Assembly: GCF_039654945.1 (NCBI RefSeq)
Contig: NW_027361679.1
Span: 34,410,001-34,474,000 of the forward strand
Origin: Dendrobates tinctorius
Taxonomy: Eukaryota
Direction: 5' to 3'
DNA: 64,000 nucleotides
The position numbers were made by a program, and so were the translations under genes. Below the pieces are notes generated by a model. The model was not told where the DNA came from. It searched no databases and worked only from the letters and a program-made list of their open reading frames with translations. Below, piece by piece: positions 1 through 12,586 of this stretch. How positions within the stretch are numbered: position 1 is the first letter of the stretch; each line of letters opens with the position of its first letter.

Positions 1-2403
1 CGACACGATGTGCTGGGGGAAGCCGTGAATCCTGAAGATATGGGAAATGAAGATCTTCGCCAAGTCAGGAGCAGAGGGTAGTCCGGGAAGAGGAATGAAG
101 TGAGCCATCTTTGAAAATCGGTCTACAACCACCAAGACCACAGTACAACCGGAAGAACAAGGCAGATCAGTAATGAAATCCATGGCTATGTGCTGCCATG
201 GAGCCGACGGAATGGGAAGCGGGAACAGAAGACCGGAGGGTGGTTGTCTGGGTATCTTGTTCTGGGCACAGGACGGGCAAGATGCTACAAAGTCTTTAAC
301 ATCCTGGGAGAGTGAAGGCCACCAATAATGGCGAGAGATTAAGTCCAAAGTCTTTTTGACACCAACGTGGCCGGCAATCTTGGACGAATGTCCCCAATTT
401 AGCACTCGTTTTCGGTTATTCTCAGCCACAAAGGTTCTTCCCGGAGGTAACGTGGTTAACTTGACAGGAGCCACAGTAATTACTTTGGATAAATCAATGA
501 TATGAGAGGGTTCTTCCTCTGCATCAGACGACAGGAATGATCTTGACAACGCATCCGCTCTAACGTTCTTATCGCCGGGCCGAAAATGTAGCTCAAAGTC
601 AAAGCGGGCGAAGAATAGGGACCACCTGGCTTGCCGAGGACTGAGCCTCTGTGCGGACTGGATGTACGCCAGGTTCTTATGGTCTGTGAAGATCTTGAAT
701 GGATGTATGGCACCCTCCAGTAAGTACCTCCACTCCTCCAAGGCCAACTTAATGGCCAATAGCTCTTTGTCGCCAATGGAGTAGTTCTGCTCAGTGGAGG
801 AAAATACTTTAGAAAAGAAGCCACAGGTGACAAAACGTCCAGAAGAGGATTTCTGCAGAAGGACTGCGCCAGCCCCAGTAGAGGATGCGTCTACCTCGAG
901 AGTGAAAGGTCTACTAACCTCAGGTCGGTGAAGCGCCGGAGCAGCGGCGAAGGCTTGTTTCAACGACTGGAAGGCCTCTTCAGCCTCAGAGGGCCAAGCC
1001 TTTGGGTTAGCTCCCTTGCAGATAAGGGATGAGATGGGGCGAACCAACGAGGAAAAATGAGGAACGAACTGTCGGTAGTAGTTCGCAAAACCAAGGAAGC
1101 GTTGGATTGCCTTCACCCCATTGGGCTGTGGCCAATCGAGGACGGCGGACACTTTTGCCGGATCCATGCATAGACCTGATTCTGAGATAATGTACCCCAA
1201 GAATGGCAGGGACGTTTGCTCGAAGGCACATTTCTCGAGCTTGGCATAAAGGCGGTTCTCCCTCAGGCGCTGGAGGACTTGACGCACGTTCTTTCTGTGG
1301 GCGGAGAGGTCTGGAGAAAAAACGAGGATGTCATCCAGATAGACTACCACGCAGGAGTACAGCATATCCCGGAAGACGTCATTCACGAACTCCTGGAAAA
1401 CCGCTGGGGCATTGCAGAGGCCGAAGGGCATGACCAAGTACTCGTAGTGACCGTCTCTGGTGTTAAAGGCAGTCTTCCACTCATCCCCGGAACGAATGCG
1501 GATCAAGTTGTAGGCCCCACGAAGATCCAGTTTGGTGAAAATTCGAGCTCCTCTAAGTCGGTCAAAGAGCTCCGGGATCAATGGCAATGGGTACTTGTTC
1601 TTGACCGTGATATTGTTCAGGCCTCGGTAGTCTATGCAAGGACGGAGGGAGCCGTCCTTCTTTTTTACAAAGAAAAATCCCGCTCCCGCGGGCGAGGAGG
1701 ACTTACGGATGAAACCTCTAGCAAGGTTCTCCTGGATATAGTCAGACATAGCTTGGGTCTCAGCAGGGGATAGCGGGTATATCCTACCCCTGGGTGGCGT
1801 AGAACCAGGAATGAGGTCAATCGGACAGTCATATGGCCGATGGGGGGGCAGAGTCTCGGCCTCCTTCTTGTCGAAAACATCTGCAAAGGACCAGTAAGCC
1901 GACGGCAGACCTGTAGGTGCCGGGGATGGACCGGCAGAGTTCATCAGACGGACGGGCAACAGGCACTTCTCCTGACAGAACGGTCCCCACCGGAGTATCT
2001 CGCCCGACCGCCAGTCCAGGGTTGGCTCATGAGTCCGTAGCCAAGGGAGGCCTAGAAGAAGTGCGTGAGACATGGTGGACAAGACGAGGAAGGAGATCTT
2101 ATCCAGGTGCAGGGCTCCGATCTGCAGCTCGATCTCTTCGGTGGCCTGGGTAACGGACTCCAGCACGGACGTACCATTGACCGAAACAATCGACCGAGGA
2201 GTCTCCAGGGATCTGACAGGAATCCGGTATTTTTTAACCGCCTCGAGTGTGATAAAATTCCCCTCCGCGCCAGAATCCAGGAAAGCCTCCTCAGAATAAC
2301 GCTTGGCACCGAGATTCAATAATACGGACACGAGCAGGGGAGGAGAGGAATCACGTACACCTAGGGAGGCCTCTCCTATCAACCCTAGGCGGAGAAGTTT
2401 CCC
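1..2403 (-). CDS. Gypsy pol polyprotein (PR-RT-RNaseH-IN), partial, open to the window edge
   Basis: Manual translation finds no stop from 2403 to 1 (801 codons). Motifs: FLDSGA protease, YLDD (1330-1341), EVDAS/TDHKNL RNase H, integrase H-H-C-C and MDFITDLP. Absent from the ORF track, probably because it has no stop codon inside the window. Confidence 0.92.
2341..2403 (-). promoter_or_regulatory. -1 programmed ribosomal frameshift signal (G GGA AAC + H-type pseudoknot)
   Basis: Slippery heptamer at 2403-2397, 7-nt spacer, stem 1 CCTAGGG/CCCTAGG, stem 2 AGGAGAGG/CCTCTCCT. The -1 frame is the pol frame. Confidence 0.85.
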
Positions 2404-3119
2404 GGCTTCTTGGAGCAGGAACGGAGGAGGGGAGAGAAGCTCCTCTCTCTGGCTAATTCACGGGCACGTTCCTGAAACCGCAGGTCGATGCGTGTCGCCA
2501 GTGAGATCAGATCCTCTAAAGAGGTGGGAGTATCCCGACCTGCCAGTACGTCTTTGATCCGACTGGACAGGCCACGTCAAAAGACCCCTACGAGAGCCTC
2601 ATTGTTCCAACCGAGTTCGGAGGCCAAGGTACGAAAACGGATGGCATACTGTCCTACCGGTAGCGTACCCTGATGGAGGTTAAAGAGGGACTCGGTGATA
2701 GAGGCCAGCTGACCCGGCTCGTCGAACACCTTGCGGAAGGTGTCCAAAAAGGTGGAAAGCCGAGAGACGAGTGGGTCATTGCGCTCCCAGAGGGGGTTCA
2801 CCCATGCTAATGCCTCCCCCTCTAAGTGTGAAACAATAAAGGCAATTTGGGCGCGCTCAGTGGGATAGTGCTGCGGCAAAAGCTCAAAATGTAACCGGCA
2901 TTGGTTCAGAAATCCTCGACAAAACTTAGGGTCCCCGCTATATCGGGGTGGCTTGCCGAGGCGCGGTATCGGGTACGGGGCCGAGGACTGGGCAGAAACG
3001 GATTGTATGGCCGACAAACGAGACTCCATGGATTTCAAAAAGACCATAATCCTGGTCTGACTCTCCCGTAGGAACACCAGTTCCTTTTGGATGGAGGTGG
3101 TGGCACCAGCGGGGTCCAT
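2386..3119 (-). pseudogene. Gypsy gag, interrupted by one TGA (2577-2579) and lacking most of the zinc knuckle
   Basis: ORF 2577-3119. The frame continues after the stop ([37 protein letters not shown]), matching [17 protein letters not shown] in the paralogue at 24025-25467. Confidence 0.88.
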
Positions 3120-3132
3120 GGCCTGATTATAC

Positions 3133-4127
3133 TGTGACGACTCCTGGAGTGGACCCTCTGGGTCGTGACACCAACCCTCCCAGGGCGAGCTGACCTAGTG
3201 AAGACCACCCCCTATACAGGGAGTGTCAGGGGCAAGCCCCAGGGGGTGAGGCACCACGACTGCTGGCACCAGGCGGCCGGCTCACAGGAGACACGAGTGG
3301 GTGAGAGTGTCTGCAGGAACGTGTAAAGTGTGGACACGGGAACACGTGGTATACAGAGACTTCATTCGTTCGGGTGTGAGTGAAGCAGGAAGCGTGCAAG
3401 GAGCACGTCAGAGCACTGAGTCAGGCAGCAGGTGTGCCAGGAGGTGTAACAGAGTAAGAGACTGAGTACAGGATCAGAGTGTGTGCCCGGAGGCACAACT
3501 GAGTATAAGACAGAGCACGGAATCAGAGTGTGTGCCAGGAGGCACGACTGAGTATAAGACAGAGTACAGGGTAAGAGCGTGTGCCAGGAGGCACAACCGA
3601 GTATGAGACAGAGTACAGTGTCAGAGCATGTGCCAGGAGGCACAACCGAGTACGAGACAGAACACAGGGTCAGAGCGTGTGCCAGGAGGCACAACCAAGT
3701 ACAAAGCAGAGTGCAGATTCAGAGCGTGTGCCAAGAGGCACAACAGAGTGCAAGGCAGAGGACCTGAGTATAGCGCACAGCCAGGCAGGGACACGGCAGA
3801 CCAAGCCAGGAGCACAACAATAATCAGGCACCTCCCCTAGGGGGAGGTCGTCTGATATAGCACATGACTACTACTGGTTCCGGGTCAGGACCTAGCCAGA
3901 AAGCACATGACCACTACAGGTTCCGGGTCAGGTCCTCCATTACCATAGAGAGGACTGAGCCCTATACAGCACTGACAGGAGCGCGCAAGCGCAAACGTGA
4001 CATGTAGGAGGAGGCCCGGGGACGAGAGCTGCGCGTGCGCACCCTACGGGACCCCCGGAGTGACAGCAGCTCCGGAAGAGATGACGTCGGGACCGAGGTC
4101 CCGCCCCCAAGTGAGCACGGCGTGACA
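3133..4127 (-). repeat. 5' LTR of the Gypsy element
   Basis: TGTCACG...GTCACA termini in the sense orientation, TATA-like sequence near 3855-3859, immediately upstream of PBS and gag ATG. Confidence 0.85.
3432..3774. repeat. 49-bp tandem repeat (~7 copies) inside the LTR
   Basis: gtgtgcc(a/c)gg-like unit starts at 3432, 3481, 3530, 3579, 3628, 3677, 3726. Confidence 0.9.
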
Positions 4128-4260
4128 GTAGCCATTGGTAGTCTGAAGGTAGAGGCCAGCTGGACAGGACATAGCTACATCTTAACTATCATCTATCAGT
4201 ACACCAAATTTGTAGTGGCCGTCCCTGTGAAGGATTTAACTGGCCAGACTACACAGCGGT
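4128..4260 (+). mobile_element. Short fragment of another LTR-element integrase
   Basis: Translation GHSYILTIIYQYTKFVVAVPVKDLTGQTT resembles an integrase core (Y-x-L-T-I-x-D-x-x-x-K-F-x-x-A-x-P). Confidence 0.55.
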
Positions 4261-4644
4261 GGAGCAGGGAGAGGTAAGTATTGCAAGTGCTGTGTCCCTG
4301 AGCAAGCAGGGGGGACCCACTCGTGGGTGCAGGTACTGGCACATAGTACGCCAGTGTGTCTGACGGTGAGTGGGCCCCCCACCATCAGAGACACTTTATT
4401 GTAATATGAGAGGCCCTGTGCCAGTGCCGTCACCCAAGGGTGGGGCCACATACCTGTTCAGGGCAACAGCACTTGCCCGGGTGCGGCAGGTGGTGACCAT
4501 GGTCCTGGGGGGGGCCAGCCCAGTTAGGGAGGTTTAAAAAATGGCATATGTTGATGTGTAGGCTGGAGTTTCAGCTGCTGCAAATGGAGGAATTGGAGAA
4601 GTCCGAGGAAGAGGAGGACAAAAGCGAGCCTTTTTTCTGGCAAC

Positions 4645-7600
4645 CTATGTATTATCAGGGGAAGGTGTGACAAAATCCTTTGAAACCCATGCATGGTTCA
4701 TTTTAATGAAGGTTACATCATCAACATTTTGGGTTGACAGACAGGTCCTTTTTTCTGTCAGGATTGATCCAGCAGCACTGAAGACTCTTTCCGATAGCAC
4801 ACTACCAGCAGGGCAAGCGAGCTCCTGTAAGGCATATTGTGCCAATTCAGGCCATGTGTCCAGTTTTGAGGCCCAATAATCAAAGGGGAATGACCTGTGA
4901 GGGAGAACCTCGATATGGGAGGAGAAGTAGTTTGTAACCATAGTTGACAACTGCTGTCTCCTGTCACTTGCAATTGATTCTGTATTAGCTGTCGTGTGCA
5001 CGGTACTTGAGAAATCAGACCACAACATGGTCAGGAAACCCCTGTCTCCAACGCCACTTTGGCTGTGTGCACCATGAACACCTCTTCCATTTTGCCCACT
5101 ATGGCTCGTGGGAGAACCAGCTCAACTGCTGTGTGCTGGGAATGCCTCAAACAAACGGTTTACCAGAGTTGCTTGCTTGTTAGCCAATATTAGCTCTAGG
5201 TTCTCCTGTGCAAGATGTTGTGTAATTTTCCTTTATAGCATGGATCGAGGATGCTGGCCAACCAGTAGTCGTCATCCCTCATCATTTTGGCAATGTGGGG
5301 GTCCCTTTTTAGGATCCGCAAGGCATAATCACACATGTGGGCCAATGCTCCAGGTGTCAATGCTGCACTGCCAGTGGTGGGTGGAGGAGCACTTTCTGGC
5401 AAATCCACATCCCTCCAGTCACCCACAAACCCTGTACCTGACCTTGGCACGCCCACATTTTCTCTTGCCCCTGAGAAGCATCCTCCTCCCCAAAATAATC
5501 ATCCCCATCATCCTCCTCCTCATCTTCCACTTCTTCCTCCACCTCATCCAAGACAGTTCCCTGACCAGACAATGGCTGACTGTCATCAAGGCTTCCCTCC
5601 TCCTCCTGTTGCTCCTCAGCTGCAGACGCCTGATCCTTAATGTGCATCAAAGTTTGCATGAGCAAATGCATAAGGGGTATGCTCATGCTTATAATGGCGT
5701 CGTCTGCGCTTACCAGCCGTGTACATTCCTCAAAACACTGAAGGACTTTACAGAGGTCTTTCAGCTTTGACCACTGCACACCCGACAACTCCATGTCTGC
5801 CCTCCAACTGCCTGCCCCTGTATCCTCCCACATATGCATTACAGCCTGCCTCTGTTCACACAGCCTCTCAATCGTGTGCATGGTGGAGTTCCATCTTGTA
5901 GCAACGTCTATGATAAGGCGATGCTTGGGGAGGTGGAGTGATCGCTGCATACGACTGGAGTGGACGGTCACGTGATGGATGTGCGAGCACAGTCTTCGCA
6001 CCTTGGAAGAGCAGGGCTGTAAACTCTGGATAATTATTTAGGAAGCACTGCACCACCAGGTTTAAGGTGTGAGCCAGGCAAGGTATGTGTGTGAGTTTGG
6101 CAAGGGCTATGGCTGCCACAAAATTCTGCCCATTATCACTGACTACCTTGCCTGGCTCAAGATGTAGACTGCCCAGCCATGACTCAGTTTGTCGATGCAA
6201 GTAGTCGGCCAGTACCTCCGCGTTGTGTCTGCTGTCGCCCAAAGACATCATTTTTAAAACAGCCTGCTGCCGCTTACCACTAGCTGTTTGATAGTGGGAC
6301 ACCTCATGTGCAACACTGACAGATGTGAATGGAGTGCTCGTGCGACTGCGCTCTGTCGATGAGCTTTTGCTTCTGGAGGAGGAGGAGGAGATTCGAACGC
6401 CTACAGCCAACTGTTTCCTATACCGTGGGCTAGGCAGCACTGTTCCACCACCGCTGTCCCCTGTGGAGCCTGCATCCACCACATTAACCCAGTGTGCAGT
6501 GGTGGACACGTAACGGCCCTGGCCATGCCTACTGGCCCATGCATCTGTTGTGAGGTGCACCTTTCCACTCACTGATTGTTTTAGTGCATGGACAATGCGG
6601 TCTTTGACATGCCGGTGGAGGGCATGGATGGCTTTTTGAGAAAAGAAGTGCTGACTGGTTAGGTCATAGCATGGGACAGCGTAGGCCATGAGCTCTCGGA
6701 AAGCTTTGCTTTCAACCAAACGGAAGGGCATCATCTCTAATGAGATCAGTTTGGCAATGTAGGTGTTCAAAGCCAGTGTACGCGGATGAGAGGATGAGTA
6801 CTTTCTTGTCCTACTGAGAGTGTCTGGTAGGGTGAGCTGGACTTGAGAGCTGCATATGGGGGAACTAGCGTTGGACCTGATGGACTGAGAAGGGGTTGGT
6901 GATGGTGAGGGTGTTGATGGCCTAGATTCAGTGTTTCCTCACGAAAATATTGTGATTCCCTGACTGCTTTGGCCTACCGACAACACCTCAACATTTCGTG
7001 ATGGTGGTGTGCTTAGCGGTGGCCTTACAGTGGGGGAAGCGATGGAGCGTTGCCGGCTAACTTCAGCCGGAGCAGGTGCACATGTGGTACCTGAGGTTTT
7101 GTAGTCTGTCCATGCTTGCATGTGCATATTGGTTAAATGTCTAAGCATGCAACTGGTATTCAAATTTCGTTGATTTTTCCCTCTGCTAAAGGTCCTTCGG
7201 CACTTCTTACAGATAACCTTTGCGTCATCAGTAGGATTTTGTTCAAAAAAGTGCCACACTGCACTCTTCCAACTATGGTACAAATTTTTAGGGCTTGCAC
7301 GCTGTGCTAATTTGATCGTCTGGCCAAGCTGTTCTGCAACTCTTTTAGTTTTCTTACCAAGTTTTTTGACAGCTATGGGCCTGCCGGATAACCACTGCTG
7401 CGATGACGATGCCTGCTGCAGATCCTTCTCCTGTTCTGAGTCTGACCTATTGTCACCGGCACCCTCTTCCCCCAATGAATGCCAATCCAGGTCAACAACT
7501 GGGTCATCCATGACCTTGTCTTCAATGTCATATGCACCTTCCTCTGTACCTTCCTCTGTGTCACCGTGTAAGGTGGAATAGTATGCGGGAAGGGGCACCT

Positions 7601-8180
7601 GAGTTTCATCAGGGTCTGATTCGGGCTCAGTAGACTGCAAGGGCAATGTAGTGCTGTGGGTGAATTTACCAGCGGAATCATCTAGCAGTGGCTGTGCATC
7701 AGTGCACTCCATGTCAGATTCATCTTGGACTGGGGAATTCAGGATTTGACTTGATAACCCAGGAATGGTATATGAAAAGAACTTCATGGAGCAATCTGAA
7801 GTGTGTGCTGTGGCATCCTTCTCTTTTGGTGTGGGTGAAGGACACAAGGAAAGGTGTTGTTCCTGACCAGAATCCTGCACTGATGACTATGTGCTTGTAG
7901 TTTTTGTAACTTCAGAAGAGGAGGCAATAGAGCTGGAGGCTGTTTCGGCAATGTAAGCCAAAACCTGTTCCTGATGCTCCAGCTCTAAAAGCGGTTTACC
8001 TACTCCCAGAAAAGGGAACCTTAAAGGCCTTCTTGTGCCAGACGATGACGCAGGCTCAACACCTCTTGCCTTAGCTGCTATTGTGCTTTTGCCAGAATCA
8101 GCCGATGCCCCACCACCACCATCAGTACCACCTGCGCCCCACCACGCTCATCCGCAGCCTCTTCCACCATACTTCCTCAT
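4645..8180 (-). pseudogene. BED zinc-finger hAT transposase (ZBED4/ZBED6-like), broken by stops and frameshifts
   Basis: BED finger WHFF...CKKC...MLRHLTNMH (6939-7880), HLTTDAW and VSDNG...CLAH (5868-6770), DVATRWNST (5357-6001), hATC dimerisation motif LACPAGSVLSERVFSAAG (4645-5028). Confidence 0.92.
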
Positions 8181-8329
8181 GTTTGGGAAAATGTACCAAA
8201 AATACCAGCAGAGAAATGGCAATGTATGAGGAATGTACAGCTGTGTAAGGTGTATGTAAAAAGTGAAATCTCCGTATATATTTTGTGAATCACAGACGCT
8301 CACCCAGTATGTATTTCATCATAATCCAA

Positions 8330-9190
8330 CAAGCAGATATACGGTACTGTATCAGAAGTGTACAGCTGTATACGTTGTTTGTTAAACTGTCAATCTCTAT
8401 ATATGTATTTACGGAGTGTCACACACACGCTGACTCTGTATAGATGTGACCATAATAAGAACAGCAGATATCCGATACTGTTTGAGAATCAGACAGCTCA
8501 ATATGGTGTATGGAGAAATGGAAATGTGCGTATATGTATTTGTGGAATGTCACACACACACGCTGACTCTGTGTAGATGTGACCGTAATAAGAACAGCAG
8601 ATATCCGATACTGTTTGAGAATCAGACAGCTCAATATGGTGTATGGAGAACTGGAAGTGTCCGTATATGTATTTATGGAGACTCACACACACACTGACTC
8701 TGTGTAGATGTGACCATAAGGTGAACAGAAGATATCCGATACTGTTTGAAGAATCGGACAGCTCAATACAGTGAATGGAGAAATGGAAATGTCCGTATAT
8801 GTATTTATGGAATGTCACACACACACGCTGACTCTGTGTAGATGTGACCGTAATAAGAACAGCAGATATCCGATACTGTTTGAGAATCAGACACCTCAAT
8901 ATGGTGTATGGAGAACTGGAAGTGTCCGTATATGTATTTATGGAGTCTCGCAGGCACATGCTGACTCTGTGTAGATGTGACCATAATAAGAACAGCAGAT
9001 ATCCAATACTGTTTGAGAATCGGACAGCTCAATATGGTGTATGGAGAAATGGAAATGTCCGTATATGTATTTACGGAGTCTCACAGACACACGCTGACTC
9101 TGTGTACATATGACCGTAATAAGAACAGCAGATATCCGATACTGTTTGAGAATCGGACACCTCTATACGGTGTATGTATGGAAAAATGTT
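8330..9190. repeat. ~132-bp tandem repeat (~6-7 copies), subterminal in the hAT element
   Basis: aacagcagatatccgatactg-like motif recurs at 8461, 8593, 8724, 8858, 8991, 9124. Confidence 0.9.
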
Positions 9191-9577
9191 CATCTCCGTG
9201 TATTTTTTTACAGAGCCACACACATATAGCATGTATTTGTCCATGATACCAGCAGGTACACGGTAGTGTGTGAGGAGCGTACACCTCTATACGGTGTGTG
9301 AAAAAATTTACGCTCAGTAACTACTGTGCAGAAAAAAAGGCATAAAAGTATTTTTGCTTTGAAAAAAGCAGTCTGCACAGCAGTGTGCACACAGCAGTGC
9401 AGCTATCAGGTAGCCTTATAAGGCAGCCTAATAACCACCAGCGCTGCTGCACACAAAAGTGTGGAAAAATGAACGCTTGGTAACTGTGCAGAGAAAAGGA
9501 ATAAAAGTTTTTTTGCTTTTAAAAAAGCACTCTGGACAGCAGTGTGCAAACAGCAATGCAGCTATCAGGGAGCCTTA

Positions 9578-9968
9578 AGGTACTGTCACACTTAGCGATG
9601 CACCAGCGATCCCGACCAGCGATATGACACGGTCAGGATCGCTGGTACATCGCTAAGTGGTCGCTAGTGCGCTGCCACACAGGCAGATCTCACCAGCGAC
9701 ATCGCAGGGGTTGGGGGTCGCTACTTACCTGTCACACTAGGCGATCCTGACGTCCTCCCACCCGGCTCCACGCTCGTCTCTCCACAGGAAGCGCCGCAGG
9801 AAGCTGTCGACGAGAAACGGTCCAGCCTGTTCTCGCGCGATCAGCGATAACTAGCGGGGGAGCGGGTCGTAGGTAAGTATCAGACATAGCGATATCGCTA
9901 GCAATATCGCTATAACGTCACAAGTTATAGCGATATTGCTAGCGATATCGCTTAGTGTGACAGGCCCT
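9578..9968. mobile_element. PIF/Harbinger-type MITE nested in the hAT element
   Basis: TIR AGGTACTGTCACACTTAGCGA / AGGGCCTGTCACACTAAGCGA with TTA duplication (9575-77, 9969-71). The empty-site motif agccttataaggcagcc is visible at 9412. Confidence 0.85.
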
Positions 9969-10844
9969 TTATAAGGCAGCCTAATCACCAACGGAGCTGC
10001 TGCACACAAATATAGCCTCTCCTGTCACTGCACACTGTACTGTTGTGTTGTACAGTGAAAATCGCTATCAGCAGAAGCACTTTTTTTTTTCTTTTCCTGC
10101 CTAAACACTCTCCCTATTGAGAATGAGCAGCAGCAACCTCTCCCTATGCTAAGATCGGCAGAAGTAAGATGGCGGGCACGGCCTTTTATAGCCACTGTGA
10201 CGCCACACAAAGCCAGCCAATCACTTGGATGCCCTTCTCTAAGATGGTGGGGGCCGCTGCCTATGTAATTGCATTGCCCACAGTGTGCGTCCTTGATGAT
10301 TGGCTGAGAAAAGGCACAGGAAGCACTGTCGGAAACGCGACTTTGCCGCTCAAGTCAGCAACCTCATGGCCGACCTCACGCTATGATCGGGTTTCGATAG
10401 GCGAAACCCTACTTTAGCCAAAGTCGGCGAATTCTGAATTTGGCCGACCCGTTTCGCTCAACTCTAGTTATGACTGATCTAATTGTCATTAATTTACTGT
10501 TACTGGTGATAACTCACTACAATATCTATTGGGGTAGAGACTGAATACAAAAAATAAGACATTATCATTTTCACATTGTCATTTGGGGAATTTTAGAAAA
10601 TCCGTCATTCAGTTATATTTTTTCAATAGAATATATTAATTCTAATATTGTAAAGTTGAAATGGAAAATTAATGTAAAAAGCAGATGAGTTCCTCCCATT
10701 TCACGTAGAGGCACATAATATTTTTTCTTCACAGATTCCTATCACTCCATGTACTAGGTCTTTTTGAAAATGTATGCTGCAGGGTACAGTACTAGATACT
10801 TTGTGGTCAATGAGGTGAATGATGTTACTAATACAGTACTTTAA

Positions 10845-11824
10845 CCCCTTTCTGACATTGATTTTATTAATACGCCCACGTTGGAATCCCTCCCTTTGAT
10901 GTGGGCTAAGGCACAGAGCCCACATGTTTCCCAGCACATGTCAGCTGTTTTGACCTGTTAAATGCCGGTTGTCAATCTCTGACAGCGGCATTTAACTCGT
11001 GCTTACTGGAGGCACGGTGGAAATCCTGCCCATTGGTGACCCCATCATGTGATCACAGGTCACCGATGGGTCTGCACGACAACCAGAGGTCTGAAACAGA
11101 CCTCTGTGGTTGTCATTGCAGGATTGCATTGAGCAACAATATAATATAAAATTTCAAATCACCCCCCTTTCCCCCCCCTTTAAAAAAAAAAACAATAAAA
11201 ATTCAAATATACACATATTTGGTATCGCCATGATTAGAATCACCCGATCTATCAATATGAAAAAAAATTAACCTGATTGCTAAACGGCGTAATGAGAAAA
11301 AGATTCAAAATGCCAGAATTACTTTTTTTGGTCGTCGCTACATTGCAATAAGATGCAATAATGGGTGATCAAAAGATCGTATCTGCACCAATATGATATC
11401 AATAAAAACGTCAGCTCATGCCCCAAAAAATAAGCCCTAACTCAGCCCCATATCACAAAAAATGGAGATGCTACAGGTTTCGGAAAATGGTGCCTTTTTT
11501 CCCAAAGTTTGGATTTTTTTTCACTACTTAAGTAAAAAAGAACCTAGACATGTTTGGTGTCTATGAATTCATAATGACCCGGAGAATCATAATGGCATGT
11601 CAGTTTTAGCATTTAGAAAACATTGTAAAAAAAAAACCCAACAACTGTGGAATTGCACTTTTTTTGCAATTTCACCGCTCTTTGAATTTTTTTCCTGTTT
11701 TCCAGTTCACAATATGTTAAAACCAATGGTGTTGTTCGAAAGTACAACTTGTCCCGCAAAAAACAAGCCCTCACGTAGCCATATTGACAGAAAAATAACG
11801 AAAATACCTCTGGTCATGAAGGGG
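10845..11824. mobile_element. Non-autonomous piggyBac-like element
   Basis: TTAA|CCCCTT ... AAGGGG|TTAA ends, no ORF. Confidence 0.75.
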
Positions 11825-12586
11825 TTAATAGATCTAAAAGTAATAAAAAAGAGAAAACATTCTGCTAATATAATGGCATAGTGATCTTCTGCTTTATTTA
11901 CCTATCACATTGTCATTTTTTTTGTTATTTGACTTTTTGTACATTAAATTAATATTCAGTTCAAAATTTTGTAGGTTTAAACAGACATAGTCAGCATCAA
12001 TGAAGAATATCCTTGCATGTGTTTGCCTCATCAGTCTGGCCATAGGATATCCGGTATGTAGAAAATTATTAACTAAAACAAGAAACAATGAATATATATG
12101 AGAATAAAAAGAAGATAAAGAAGCCCTCCAATGAATATTTTTTTCCATTAATTTTGTGTATATGTGTATAATGTGTAGTTTGAGTGTATTAATATTCTCA
12201 CCCATCACTATTGTCTTCAGGATGTAGCTCCATTCTGCATCTCTTCTCAGTGATGTCACCACTCTGCAGACTCTCAGGGTCACACTGCGCTCTGTGTGTG
12301 AGACCTGGAAGTGGCTTTTACAATGTAATCCTAGGGAAAGTCAGAATGAGACTACATAGACTTACATTGCGGGACACGCATAGGGCATGGTGTGACCTGG
12401 AGAGTCTGAATTTCAGTGACGTCACAGAGAAAAGGATCAGAATGGTGCTGGATCCTGAAGACAATGGTGGTAGGTGAGCATATTTATGCACTCAATCTAC
12501 ATGTTATACACATCCATACACATTTAATGAAAAAAATATTCCTGAGAGAGCGTCTTTAAATAACACAACTTTCATTTTCCCAACAG

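Larger units (their letters stand above)
1..4127 (-). mobile_element. Ty3/Gypsy (sushi/chromovirus-like) LTR retrotransposon, 5' part; runs off the window start
   Basis: 5' LTR 3133-4127 (TG...CA ends). Gag starts at 3119 (MDPAG...[18 protein letters not shown]), followed by pol with PR, RT, RNase H and the integrase N-terminus. Confidence 0.95.
4270..10466 (-). mobile_element. hAT (Ac/ZBED-type) DNA transposon, decayed; other end lost or interrupted
   Basis: Terminus TAGAGTTGAGCGA (reverse complement) ends at 10466. It contains transposase fragments and subterminal tandem repeats. Confidence 0.85.

Noticed and set aside
1216-1773. 185-aa + strand ORF and similar antisense ORFs over pol, transposase and DMP1 regions
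   Set aside because: Antisense shadows of real coding frames with no recognisable motifs.
2577-3119. Host genes PEG10/RTL1 (also 24025-25467 and 57929-58402)
   Set aside because: All are flanked by LTRs with pol remnants, so they are retrotransposon gag, not domesticated genes.
4645-8180. Domesticated host gene ZBED6/ZBED4
   Set aside because: Multiple stops and frameshifts, a transposon terminus and a second family member at 63007 indicate a dead transposon.
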